From Escherichia phage JLBYU40: 64,000 nucleotides of DNA. Below are positions 9,971 through 18,506 of the stretch, one piece after another. The stretch lies in the sequence record NC_105514.1. The stretch is one strand, 5' to 3'. Positions within the stretch are counted from its first letter, which is position 1. Each line of letters begins with the position of its first letter. A program made the position numbers and the translations under genes. The notes under the pieces are model-generated. The model was not told the DNA's origin. It ran no database searches and was given only the letters and a program-made list of their open reading frames with translations.

Positions 9971-10806
9971 TGCGTAGATTAGTTATTATTAGCGGTGCAG
10001 GTTTGAGTGTTGAAAGTGGTGTACGAGCTTTTCGTACTGATACTGCTAGTGGTAAAGCATTGTGGGATGATTATGATCTAGAAGAAGTATGTAATATTCA
10101 TGCCTTTCGTGGTAATTTTTATCATAAAACCCATATGTTTTACAACAAACGTCGTGAAGAGCTAAAAACTGTTGAACCCAATCTTGCACATTTGCGTATT
10201 GGTGAATGGTATAAACAATATCCAGGTCAAGTAGTAAACTTGACTACCAACGTTGATGACCTTATTGAGCGTGCTGGCGTTCCACATAGTGACATTCTGC
10301 ACATTCACGGATATTTAAAAGAGGTTGTTGTAGCTGATAGCTACAATAGTAGCAATAAACGGATTATTGATGTAGGGTATAATTCTATTGATCCAGATGA
10401 TTATAAATGGGTTAAACCTAATGTAATCTTCTTTGGAGAACATGCTCCTGCATACGCAGAAATGTATAATGTTTTTGATGGTATTACCAGTCAAGATATG
10501 ATCATTGTGGTTGGTTGCTCTAATCAAGTAATTAACTTCTACTGGGAATTATTTCCTGTTCTTAATTTGACTGCTGCCAAACTAATGGTAGTTAACTACT
10601 ATGATAGTGCCATAGCAGCAGAGCCAGGCTATCAAGGTATGACTCGTAGTGAGATGTACCAACTGGAAGATCGTGGTATTCCTTACTGGAGTAAAGGTGC
10701 AGTAGATGCTTTTAGTGACCCTGATTTTATTGCTCGTGTGGAAGCCCATTTAGAGGGTAGACCTTATGTGCCGGAGAGAAGGGGAAACAGATATGTCCAT
10801 AGTTAA
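9970..10806 (+). CDS. Sir2-like (sirtuin-fold) NAD-binding protein lacking a zinc ribbon
   Basis: GAGLSVESGVRAFR, TTNVDDLIERAG, catalytic HG in LHIHGY, PNVIFFGE; no CxxC...CxxC pair. GTG start. Confidence 0.6.
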   Translation: MRRLVIISGAGLSVESGVRAFRTDTASGKALWDDYDLEEVCNIHAFRGNFYHKTHMFYNKRREELKTVEPNLAHLRIGEWYKQYPGQVVNLTTNVDDLIERAGVPHSDILHIHGYLKEVVVADSYNSSNKRIIDVGYNSIDPDDYKWVKPNVIFFGEHAPAYAEMYNVFDGITSQDMIIVVGCSNQVINFYWELFPVLNLTAAKLMVVNYYDSAIAAEPGYQGMTRSEMYQLEDRGIPYWSKGAVDAFSDPDFIARVEAHLEGRPYVPERRGNRYVHS

Positions 10807-10975
10807 ATCTGTTTATACACATCCCGATGATATATTTGTATGGGCGGACGGTAGTTGGTGCTATCGCTGTGAGCTGTGGGAAATGGACTATAAATCCGAT
10901 GACTATGGTGTCATATATGTTGATACGGCTGAGTATGATACGTTCTTAGAAAGGAACAAAAATGGAAATAAGTAA
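10793..10975 (+). CDS. Hypothetical small protein
   Basis: Start at ATG 10793 (MSIVKSV), overlapping the Sir2-like gene end. Confidence 0.3.
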   Translation: MSIVKSVYTHPDDIFVWADGSWCYRCELWEMDYKSDDYGVIYVDTAEYDTFLERNKNGNK

Positions 10976-11468
10976 TACTCCAATTATTTTTCTAGATATT
11001 GATGGGGTGCTCAATTCGAGCATCTCCCACCATCATGCGCCTGATCATGAAAAGATTTTCTTTGGAAGTGACTGGGTTTTCAAACCGCTTCTCAAGGCTT
11101 TTCAGGACTTTATTCGTCCTTCTCCGATAATGATTGTTGGAGTATCCTCATGGTTCCCTGTCAGGAATGAGATGGAGAACGTTCAGATTATGACCGGATT
11201 AGGTCTTATCGATCGTTTTCTTGGTACAACGGATTTTACTGGTGGTGGGCTATCTAGGGGTAATTCTGTTCTTCGCTTCGTTGAAAAGCATAAGCTCAAA
11301 CATTGGTGTGTGCTGGATGATGCTGGTGCTATGATGTACCAGTATCCAACGGTTATAGTCAACGGTAGAACTGGAATAAATCTTCAAGATTTAAGAGCTG
11401 TTAGCTATATGCTAGAATTTAGCCCAGATCTTGAAATGTGTAAATCCTTACAACAATTTAAGGTGTAA
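10962..11468 (+). CDS. HAD-superfamily phosphatase-like protein
   Basis: Motif I FLDIDGVLN and motif IV LDDAG; 168 aa. Confidence 0.55.
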   Translation: MEISNTPIIFLDIDGVLNSSISHHHAPDHEKIFFGSDWVFKPLLKAFQDFIRPSPIMIVGVSSWFPVRNEMENVQIMTGLGLIDRFLGTTDFTGGGLSRGNSVLRFVEKHKLKHWCVLDDAGAMMYQYPTVIVNGRTGINLQDLRAVSYMLEFSPDLEMCKSLQQFKV

Positions 11469-11470
11469 AT

Positions 11471-11899
11471 ATGTTCAATAATGTATTCTCTAAAGAAGCT
11501 AACCCAATTTTGGTTAACTTTTGGCGTACTCTCCCGGCTAGCCTGTATAATGAGGCTATTAACTCCTTGAAAATATGGTGTGAAAATAATGAAATCTCCT
11601 TTGCTTTTAAAGATGATATTGATGAGGCCCCCTGTATTGGTTTAGTTGTGCAGGTAGAGGATGGTCTTGAAGAGATTGTGGGCTGGAAAGAGTTAGACGA
11701 AATGGGCTTAGTTTTTGCGTTAAATTATAAGCTGTTTATGCCTGCTAAGCATCGCCTCGTTGTTAACCATAAAACTAGTGAATCTCCTGGTTTTCAGGTT
11801 AATGAACGTTATGGTTGGTCTTACTCACCGGAAGAAGTAAATGAGGGGATTCAGAAACTTCGCCGTTTTGGTTATCAGATTCCGGGTTTAACTGCTTAA
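11471..11899 (+). CDS. Hypothetical protein, paralogue A
   Basis: Shares the PCIG...W.ELDxMGLxxALNxxLFxP core with the next ORF. Confidence 0.45.
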   Translation: MFNNVFSKEANPILVNFWRTLPASLYNEAINSLKIWCENNEISFAFKDDIDEAPCIGLVVQVEDGLEEIVGWKELDEMGLVFALNYKLFMPAKHRLVVNHKTSESPGFQVNERYGWSYSPEEVNEGIQKLRRFGYQIPGLTA

Positions 11900-11908
11900 G
11901 GAGGCAGA

Positions 11909-12301
11909 ATGGAACAAGTATATTGGCGTCAGATTGATCCTAGTTTGGTGAAGCGTGCGGAGAAGCTGCTACAACGTTGGTTGGGGGTAAGACAAGCCTC
12001 CTTCACTTTTCCGGAGCAGCAAATAGACGATCCCTGTATTGGTGTTTTCCTATCAGGCTACGCTAGGGAATGGGAATTGGATTGGAATGAATTGTCTGCT
12101 ATGGGCTTGATTGTTGCCCTAAACTTCTCTTTGTTCCATCCACGTGGTTTGGCCATATGTCGTGTGCCTGATGACGGTTGTTCGCCCCATCTTTTACAGG
12201 TGGAAGATGATATTTGGGAGTACACTCCAGATATTCTCACAGAAGCTAAAGAACAATTAAATCGTGTTGGGATTTATGTTCCGGGCTTAAATGATGAATG
12301 A
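11909..12301 (+). CDS. Hypothetical protein, paralogue B
   Basis: Tandem paralogue of 11471-11899. Confidence 0.45.
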   Translation: MEQVYWRQIDPSLVKRAEKLLQRWLGVRQASFTFPEQQIDDPCIGVFLSGYAREWELDWNELSAMGLIVALNFSLFHPRGLAICRVPDDGCSPHLLQVEDDIWEYTPDILTEAKEQLNRVGIYVPGLNDE

Positions 12302-12369
12302 TTTTTATTAGCTGAAATTTGTAATCCGGGCTATTAGTGCTCGGATTATTACATAATCTTTCCAGTCGA

Positions 12370-12423
12370 TTGACAGTCAAAATAAATTGTCGTTGACAAT
12401 TTGGATGGATTATGTAATAATAT
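12370..12423 (+). promoter_or_regulatory. Promoter with two palindromic TTGACA-containing operator-like sites upstream of the HNH gene
   Basis: Palindromes TTGACaGTCAA (12370-12380) and ATTGTCgttGACAAT (12386-12400), followed by an AT-rich -10 candidate and GGAGGTGAGG RBS. Confidence 0.45.
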
Positions 12424-12440
12424 ATGTATTGGAGGTGAGG

Positions 12441-12893
12441 ATGTCATTCACACAGCAAGAACTTTTAGATAACTTCCGATATGAAGATGGTAAGTTATTT
12501 AGAACTACAGGAAGAAATGCAGGGAAAGAATGTTGTGTTTCTACGGGTAACGGATATTATCGTATATCTCTAGGGAATAGGACTATGCTTCGGCATAGAG
12601 CAATATTTTTAATGCATCATGGATACTTACCTGATTTAGTAGATCATGTGAATACTATAAAAGGTGATGATCGTATTGAAAATCTTAGAGAGCAGACAGT
12701 GTCCGGTAATCTAAGAAATATCAAATATAAGAAAGGAATGCATGTTTACCCTTCTGGTAGTAAGAACTGGCAAGTAGTATTTACTATTAACCGTAAACGT
12801 ATAGTTAAAGGAACATATGACAACTATGAGGTTGCATGTTCTATGGCCAAGATGTTTAGAGGTCAATTATACGGTAGGGAATCAATCCAGTAA
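12441..12893 (+). CDS. HNH homing/nicking endonuclease with AP2-like DNA-binding domain
   Basis: HNH core HRAIFLMHHGYLP...VDHVNTIKGDDRIENLREQTVSGNLRN; start at ATG 12441 after the RBS. Confidence 0.75.
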   Translation: MSFTQQELLDNFRYEDGKLFRTTGRNAGKECCVSTGNGYYRISLGNRTMLRHRAIFLMHHGYLPDLVDHVNTIKGDDRIENLREQTVSGNLRNIKYKKGMHVYPSGSKNWQVVFTINRKRIVKGTYDNYEVACSMAKMFRGQLYGRESIQ

Positions 12894-13124
12894 AATTTCA
12901 TTTGCAAGGGAGTATTATTTTATAGTATAATATTCCCATAAATGAGAGACATTAGTAAAAATTGATTTTGCTAATTTTTCTTGTTTACAATCCGCGATAC
13001 GGAACAGTTAGGCTGCCCCATTAAGGGTTGTTTTAACTGTTACGTGTTAGTTTTTAAACAAATAGTTAATAGAATACTTAGCGATCTGCGTCCCATAGGA
13101 ACCCTGGTAAGGCCTCGAAGCAAC

Positions 13125-13220
13125 CTAGTATGAGGTGGTTGTGAAGTGAGATGGGAGGAGTGAAAAACTCCGAGACGTGATTCTGTAAGTTATATTGCAT
13201 CTAGTATGAGCTAGTATATG
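13125..13220. repeat. Direct repeats CTAGTATGAG (x2) plus CTAGTATATG in a GC-rich non-coding block
   Basis: Copies at 13125-13134, 13201-13210 and 13211-13220; GNRA-like hairpin GGAGT-gaaaa-ACTCC at 13157-13171. Confidence 0.5.
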
Positions 13221-13428
13221 AAGCATTAGGTGAGCAAATCTGGCTTAGCGGCCATCCTCAAGGATTTGTGCGGTATAACAAAGCAGCAGCGCAGCGTGAA
13301 AGTGGAAGTTGCCACCCCACTTCAGTATTTGCGATTAATTTGTTGAGAAATTGACAGTAACAGTTGTTCTATTCTTTCTGAATAGTCCTAAAGAAAACTT
13401 ATTTCATTTCCAACACAGGAGTATTGTT

Positions 13429-16215
13429 GTGTTTTCAATCCTACAAGGTCATGCAGGATTTCATCGCGATTTAGCCACAGGCAATTGGCGAGAAGTTAAA
13501 GCAGAAGACTATCTTTTTGCTAAAAGATTTTCCTCAAAGCATCCTGAAGGTAAACCAGCTTCAATGCCCTTCAAGTTTGATGTAATTGATGAAGTTGATC
13601 CTCAAACCCTAGTAGAAATGCTTCCTCTTATGAGACGTTTAACGTCTGACCCTCATATCGTTGCGGTACGAGGTCGATGTCTTGCACCTAAAAATAATGT
13701 GCGACGTAAGAAGGGCAACTTTAATGTATCTAACCCAAGTCATATAATTGCAATGGACGTGGATGGTATTGTAGATACAGGTGGTTGTAACAAGTTTGAT
13801 CTTGTTGGCATGGCCCGACATATTATTAGGATGTTAAATAGTATTAGTGAGGATATGTTTCCTCTTGATGCAGGGTTTATCGCTCATGCATCATCTTCGG
13901 CTGGGCTAAAACCAGGTATCCGAATGCACTTAATACTAGAATCTAATGTTAAAGTAACTCAGGGTCAAATCAAGTTCTTATTTACATCTATCAATGAAAG
14001 TAGTAGACAAAAGTATGGCTTTGATATTGCCGACTTAGCTTATTACTCTTCCGTACAGCTCCATTATTTTGCAGATCCGTTATTTACAGATGGTATAGTA
14101 GATCCGTTTAAAGCGGAGGGTGCTTCACGTCTGGTATTTGTTAAGGGTTCTAAAGTAAATTTACCCAATAATCTGGTTGACTATGAAACAACTAGAGGCG
14201 AGTTTAAAGAGGAGTTTTACTCTTTACTCGATCAAATTAAAGGTAAAAAAGCCGCCTCCGATAAAGTAGAGGAAACTATCAGCGAACTAGAAGAAGCTGA
14301 GGATGGAGTGTATCTACGTATTATTCCTAAACTCTATCACAGGGCTTTAGAGGATGGTGTTGATTTTGCATGGCTAGAAAAAGAAATCCGTCCAGCCTTA
14401 TCAGAGTATATTGCAACTAAAGATAATAGTCGTAATATTCAAGACTACTTTAACAACGGTCGTAAGCAGGCTCTGAAAGCGTTTGTTAATAATTCTAAAC
14501 GTGATATACCGGATGTTTTAAAAGGTATTCCACTTAAAAAGCTAGAAACTAACTCTCTAGAGACTGATAACTTCTTGAAATTAAATACTGTACCACCAGA
14601 AGGTTATATGACTTTTGTAAAAGCAAGTCTAGGTACAGGTAAAACTACGGCGGTTGTGCGTTGGCTGGATTCAGGAGTTATTAAGGGTAATTTCTTAGCA
14701 ATTACCAATACTAGGGCACTAGTGTCTTCAAATGCTAAGAAATTTAGTGCAGGACAATATGATAAGTCTGTAGATATGCTTAATTTTAAGCGCGGTGCTA
14801 TTGACCGTATGTCCACAACTATTCACTCTTTACATAAGTTCAAGAGTTTTATTGGTCAAATTGATGCAATCTTTATCGATGAATGTGATGCTGTAATGAA
14901 TGACCTATTATTCGCCCCGGTTGTTAAGCAACGTCGCGAGTGTATTCAGGTTCTTCGGGATATTCTTGCAACTGCAAAAATCATTATATTATCTGATGGT
15001 GATATTAGTGCTGAAACAATTGAAGCATATGGTTCTTTGATTGAGTTTGATAAACCGGTTGCATTTTATAATCATCACCGTAAGATGCTGTCAAAAGCTC
15101 ATGCTTATGAGTTCCCTGATGAATCTAGTATTTGGGTTGCACTTCAGACTTCTCTAGAGATGGGTGAGAAATCTATTCTGGTATCTGACTGTGGGCCGGA
15201 TGAGCTGAATGAGAAGGGCATGGCATTGCGTCATAATACGGGTGCATTAGTTAAGGAAATCCACTCAAACTCTACGTCTGATGTAGATATTAGACGTATC
15301 CTGGATTACACAACTAATGAGTTAATTGACCAACAAATTGATTGCTTATTATGTAGTCCATCCGTAACGAGTGGTGTTGACTTCAACTATTTTGATAACG
15401 TATTCGTTATTACTAGAACCAGTAATCAGGCGCCAAACATGCGTTTCCAAGCAATCAGGCGCGACCGTGGTGCTCAGAACATCTATTATTTTATTGATAA
15501 ATCCACTAGTGGATTCTCCGCAGGTTCCGAACAATATAATATTGATGAAGGTTGGCTGGAGTTAGCACAGCAATTATACGCACGTCGCAGAGAGCTAGAA
15601 TCTAGGAACTATACTAGTACTTTACGTTATTACTTGCTTGATCAGGGTGCAACTATTGATATTTTCAGCGAAAGCTGGGGAACTATTGAAGGTGCTGGTA
15701 AAGAGTACACAGAAGAGCGAATTAAAGCTATTCTACATTCAACTCCGGATTATTGTGCTCCACGTCATGCGGATGCGTATGAAGCTAAACTACTTCTTGT
15801 TCGCTATTATCATCTCGAGTCTATTAAAGATGTAACAGTTGAGCATGTTGAACAATATATCAAAGATAAACCAAATGATCGAGCTGCATTCTTCCATAAG
15901 ATGCATGAGATGTTCTGGGAAGATATTAAGAAGTGTTCAAATGTGACCATTAAACCATTCATAGAAGCTCTGAAAGGTAAGAAGAAGGATTTCTTCCTTA
16001 AAACAGGTCAGAGTGCTAACCCAAAATATGCTAGAATGTATCTTGGTATGATGGGTATTGGTAAGGATATGAACACTGAAAATATTGTAGACTGGTACAG
16101 AACCTATTGTAAAATCGAGTGTATGCCAATTCCTTTCAAATTCATGACAGAGGAAGAGAAGGCTATGGCAGAAGAAGTAATGTCCGAACTTGGAGCAACC
16201 AATGAAGATGCATAA
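13429..16215 (+). CDS. Primase-polymerase (AEP)-helicase fusion; putative replication initiator/origin-binding protein
   Basis: N-terminal AEP motifs IIAMDVDGIVD and IRMHLILES; Walker A SLGTGKTT and Walker B IFIDECDAV. Start placed at GTG 13429 after CAGGAG RBS (ORF-track start 13351 sits in a promoter-like TTGACA). Confidence 0.65.
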   Translation: MFSILQGHAGFHRDLATGNWREVKAEDYLFAKRFSSKHPEGKPASMPFKFDVIDEVDPQTLVEMLPLMRRLTSDPHIVAVRGRCLAPKNNVRRKKGNFNVSNPSHIIAMDVDGIVDTGGCNKFDLVGMARHIIRMLNSISEDMFPLDAGFIAHASSSAGLKPGIRMHLILESNVKVTQGQIKFLFTSINESSRQKYGFDIADLAYYSSVQLHYFADPLFTDGIVDPFKAEGASRLVFVKGSKVNLPNNLVDYETTRGEFKEEFYSLLDQIKGKKAASDKVEETISELEEAEDGVYLRIIPKLYHRALEDGVDFAWLEKEIRPALSEYIATKDNSRNIQDYFNNGRKQALKAFVNNSKRDIPDVLKGIPLKKLETNSLETDNFLKLNTVPPEGYMTFVKASLGTGKTTAVVRWLDSGVIKGNFLAITNTRALVSSNAKKFSAGQYDKSVDMLNFKRGAIDRMSTTIHSLHKFKSFIGQIDAIFIDECDAVMNDLLFAPVVKQRRECIQVLRDILATAKIIILSDGDISAETIEAYGSLIEFDKPVAFYNHHRKMLSKAHAYEFPDESSIWVALQTSLEMGEKSILVSDCGPDELNEKGMALRHNTGALVKEIHSNSTSDVDIRRILDYTTNELIDQQIDCLLCSPSVTSGVDFNYFDNVFVITRTSNQAPNMRFQAIRRDRGAQNIYYFIDKSTSGFSAGSEQYNIDEGWLELAQQLYARRRELESRNYTSTLRYYLLDQGATIDIFSESWGTIEGAGKEYTEERIKAILHSTPDYCAPRHADAYEAKLLLVRYYHLESIKDVTVEHVEQYIKDKPNDRAAFFHKMHEMFWEDIKKCSNVTIKPFIEALKGKKKDFFLKTGQSANPKYARMYLGMMGIGKDMNTENIVDWYRTYCKIECMPIPFKFMTEEEKAMAEEVMSELGATNEDA

Positions 16216-16720
16216 ACCAATGCCTCCTATGGCATTTATCCTAGAAAAGCTTAGGTATGACGAAAGTACTGGGGACTTAATTTGGTTATCTGGCCCAAGG
16301 AAGGGAAAGATAGCGGGCTCCAAAATGAAAACTGGGAGACAGTTAGAGTTTATGATAAATGGAGAGCATACAGCTTACTTAGCCCATAGAATAATCTGGT
16401 TTATAAAGACAGGCGAAGATCCTGGAGATAAAACTATCGACCACAAAGACGGTGATAGTTTAAACAACTTGTGGGATAATTTACGTAAGGCTACCTATTC
16501 CGAAAATGGAAAGAATAAGAAGTGTTCTACTAATTCTACCGGATTCACTGGAGTTGTAAAACGAGGTAATAGGTATATGGCCTACGCTTACTGCAATGGA
16601 AAACAGCATATTTTTGGTAGACGAGATACCCCGGAAGAAGCCCATCAGCTATACCTTAGGGGAGTTAAAGAACTGTTTGGTGAATTTAATCCCTCGGAGA
16701 GATATGACAGTGAAGAATAA
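16202..16720 (+). CDS. HNH homing/nicking endonuclease with AP2-like domain
   Basis: AHRIIW...IDHKDGDSLNNLWDNLRKAT plus GFTGV...RYMAY; start at ATG 16202 after GGAG. Confidence 0.75.
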   Translation: MKMHKPMPPMAFILEKLRYDESTGDLIWLSGPRKGKIAGSKMKTGRQLEFMINGEHTAYLAHRIIWFIKTGEDPGDKTIDHKDGDSLNNLWDNLRKATYSENGKNKKCSTNSTGFTGVVKRGNRYMAYAYCNGKQHIFGRRDTPEEAHQLYLRGVKELFGEFNPSERYDSEE

Positions 16721-16937
16721 AAAATGGGAAACAAGGAAGTTCCCCGTAAAAGAGCGTAAAGTTCCTGTTTACGATACTTCGGAAAAGCTATGTAGGGTGG
16801 TACCGCACAGATTAGCTGGCATCCCTAACATATCCGAATGGTTACTTAAACAACGGAAAACAAACGTGTCTCTTCGCATCGGCTTTGAGTTAGATAAAGT
16901 CTATGCTGAACTTGCTTCTTTGCTCAAGGAATCGTAA
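16704..16937 (+). CDS. Hypothetical basic protein (77 aa)
   Basis: ORF overlapping the HNH 3' end; weak RBS. Confidence 0.3.
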   Translation: MTVKNKKWETRKFPVKERKVPVYDTSEKLCRVVPHRLAGIPNISEWLLKQRKTNVSLRIGFELDKVYAELASLLKES

Positions 16938-16945
16938 AAATTTAT

Positions 16946-16974
16946 TTGCTTTCAGGAAAATTTTTCTGTATAAT
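16946..16974 (+). promoter_or_regulatory. Strong early promoter TTGCTT-N17-TATAAT (PN25-like)
   Basis: aaaatttatttgctttcaggaaaatttttctgtataatagattcataaatttgagagagaggag; from memory this matches the classic T5 PN25 promoter. Confidence 0.8.
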
Positions 16975-17008
16975 AGATTCATAAATTTGAGAGAGAGGAG
17001 TTTAAATA

Positions 17009-17712
17009 TGGCTGGTTCTCGCAGAAAGAAACATATCCATGAAATCCCGGATGAAGTCTTTAAAAAAGTTATAGAGCATCTGGAGAACGGTGGTACTAAG
17101 AAAGCAGCATGTGAAATGCTTGGCGTATCATCCAATCCAACTATGGAAAGGATGATTGAAGAATGGCAAGACCGCCAGATTCAAGTTGCCGAGATGAAGA
17201 AAAAGAAACGTGGTACACTCATTGAAGGTATTGAGTTGGCCAACGTTATTGAACAGTATCTATCTGGCGATTCTTTTGAAGAAATTGCCGACCGTAATTA
17301 CCGCTCTGTAGCAATGGTTAAATCTGTTCTGGAACGCTATGGTGCTTTGCTTCGTTTGAACGATATTGTAGACCCATTGAATCCTCCAATTATTCCTGAT
17401 GATGCTGTGGCAGAAGAATTTGAAGTTGGTGAGCTTGTTTGGGTTCCTGGATACCAGTGTATTGGTGAAATCAAAAAAGCAATGGATAATCCTGTTGGTT
17501 GTTACCGTGTTTGGCTTCTATCAGAAGGCAAACAACAGAACGTCCATTATATGAATTACGAGCTGGCTTCTGTTAAACATCTGGAAAAGTTAGGGGTAGA
17601 CGTAAAATCTCTAGGGTATAAATGGACTCGTGAAGAAATTATCACACTGATTAATGAAGCTGTTAAGGCTGCCTTGAAACTTGATAAAGAAAAAGGAAAA
17701 CGCCGTGAGTAG
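17009..17712 (+). CDS. Putative HTH DNA-binding protein
   Basis: Start at ATG 17009 after the GAGAGAGGAG leader; HTH-like GGTKKAACEMLGVSSN. Confidence 0.45.
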
Positions 17713-17956
17713 ACTAACTGATTTACTTAAAGATGGAGAAGTAAAAACTCTGTATCGTAGAAGCTGGGATAATGATAATAATGGCTTAGTGTTACTAACT
17801 TTAGATGCTGACTCAGATGTAGCTACTCAGCATACCTGGGTAGCCGGTAACTATCCATATAGCGAGGTTGTTTCATTAACAGTATGCGAAGCTATTGCTG
17901 ACGATTGGGAGGTTGCCAGCATTGATGATATGCTCGCTGTTGGCCTGGTGGAGTAA
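17705..17956 (+). CDS. Hypothetical protein
   Basis: GTG 17705 after AAAGGAAA RBS. Confidence 0.35.
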   Translation: MSRLTDLLKDGEVKTLYRRSWDNDNNGLVLLTLDADSDVATQHTWVAGNYPYSEVVSLTVCEAIADDWEVASIDDMLAVGLVE

Positions 17957-17973
17957 CTACTTAAAAATTTCAG

Positions 17974-18002
17974 TTGCTTAATCCTACAATTCTTGATATA
18001 AT
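17974..18002 (+). promoter_or_regulatory. Sigma70-type promoter TTGCTT-N17-TATAAT
   Basis: -35 at 17974-17979 and -10 at 17997-18002. Confidence 0.6.
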
Positions 18003-18059
18003 ATTCTCATAGTTTGAAAGAACTATTCTGTTTAATTCTTAATTAAGGAAATATAAAAT

Positions 18060-18470
18060 ATGACTACTCCAACTCAGTGGACTGATGAACTGTTCGAAAA
18101 AATGTCTTCCGAATACGTTGCTCGTATGGAGCAATTCCCAGAGGATGAACGTCCGGGTGTTAGCATGGAAATTGTTAGCGAAATTGCCCAGGAAAATGGT
18201 GTAACTCCGAACGGTTTTCGTATGAAGCTGACTAAAGCAGGTTTGTATATCAAGAAAGCTGCTGGCTCTGCTTCTAAATCTAGCGCATCTACTGGAGAAA
18301 AAGCTTCCGGTGGTTCTCGTACCTCCAAAGCCCAAGCTCACGCCGATCTTCGCTCAGCATTCTCTGATGCTGGCCTAGCACCAGATTTTCTGGATAATGC
18401 AATTATCGACAAACTGACCGGTAAAGCGGCTGCTCATCTGGCAGAAGCAATCCGAGCTATCACTAAGTAA
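18060..18470 (+). CDS. Hypothetical protein with strongly biased host-like codon usage
   Basis: 136 aa; GCT/CTG/CGT/GGT-rich codons suggest high expression. Confidence 0.45.
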   Translation: MTTPTQWTDELFEKMSSEYVARMEQFPEDERPGVSMEIVSEIAQENGVTPNGFRMKLTKAGLYIKKAAGSASKSSASTGEKASGGSRTSKAQAHADLRSAFSDAGLAPDFLDNAIIDKLTGKAAAHLAEAIRAITK

Positions 18471-18506
18471 TTTTTAGATAAATCCACCAACAAAAGGAAC
18501 ACAGTT

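Noticed and set aside
12894-13428. Possible tRNA or group I intron in the GC-rich non-coding block
   Set aside because: No cloverleaf signature (no GTTCGA-type T-arm or acceptor-stem pairing) and no interrupted exon pair around it. I kept it only as an unclassified structured or iteron region.
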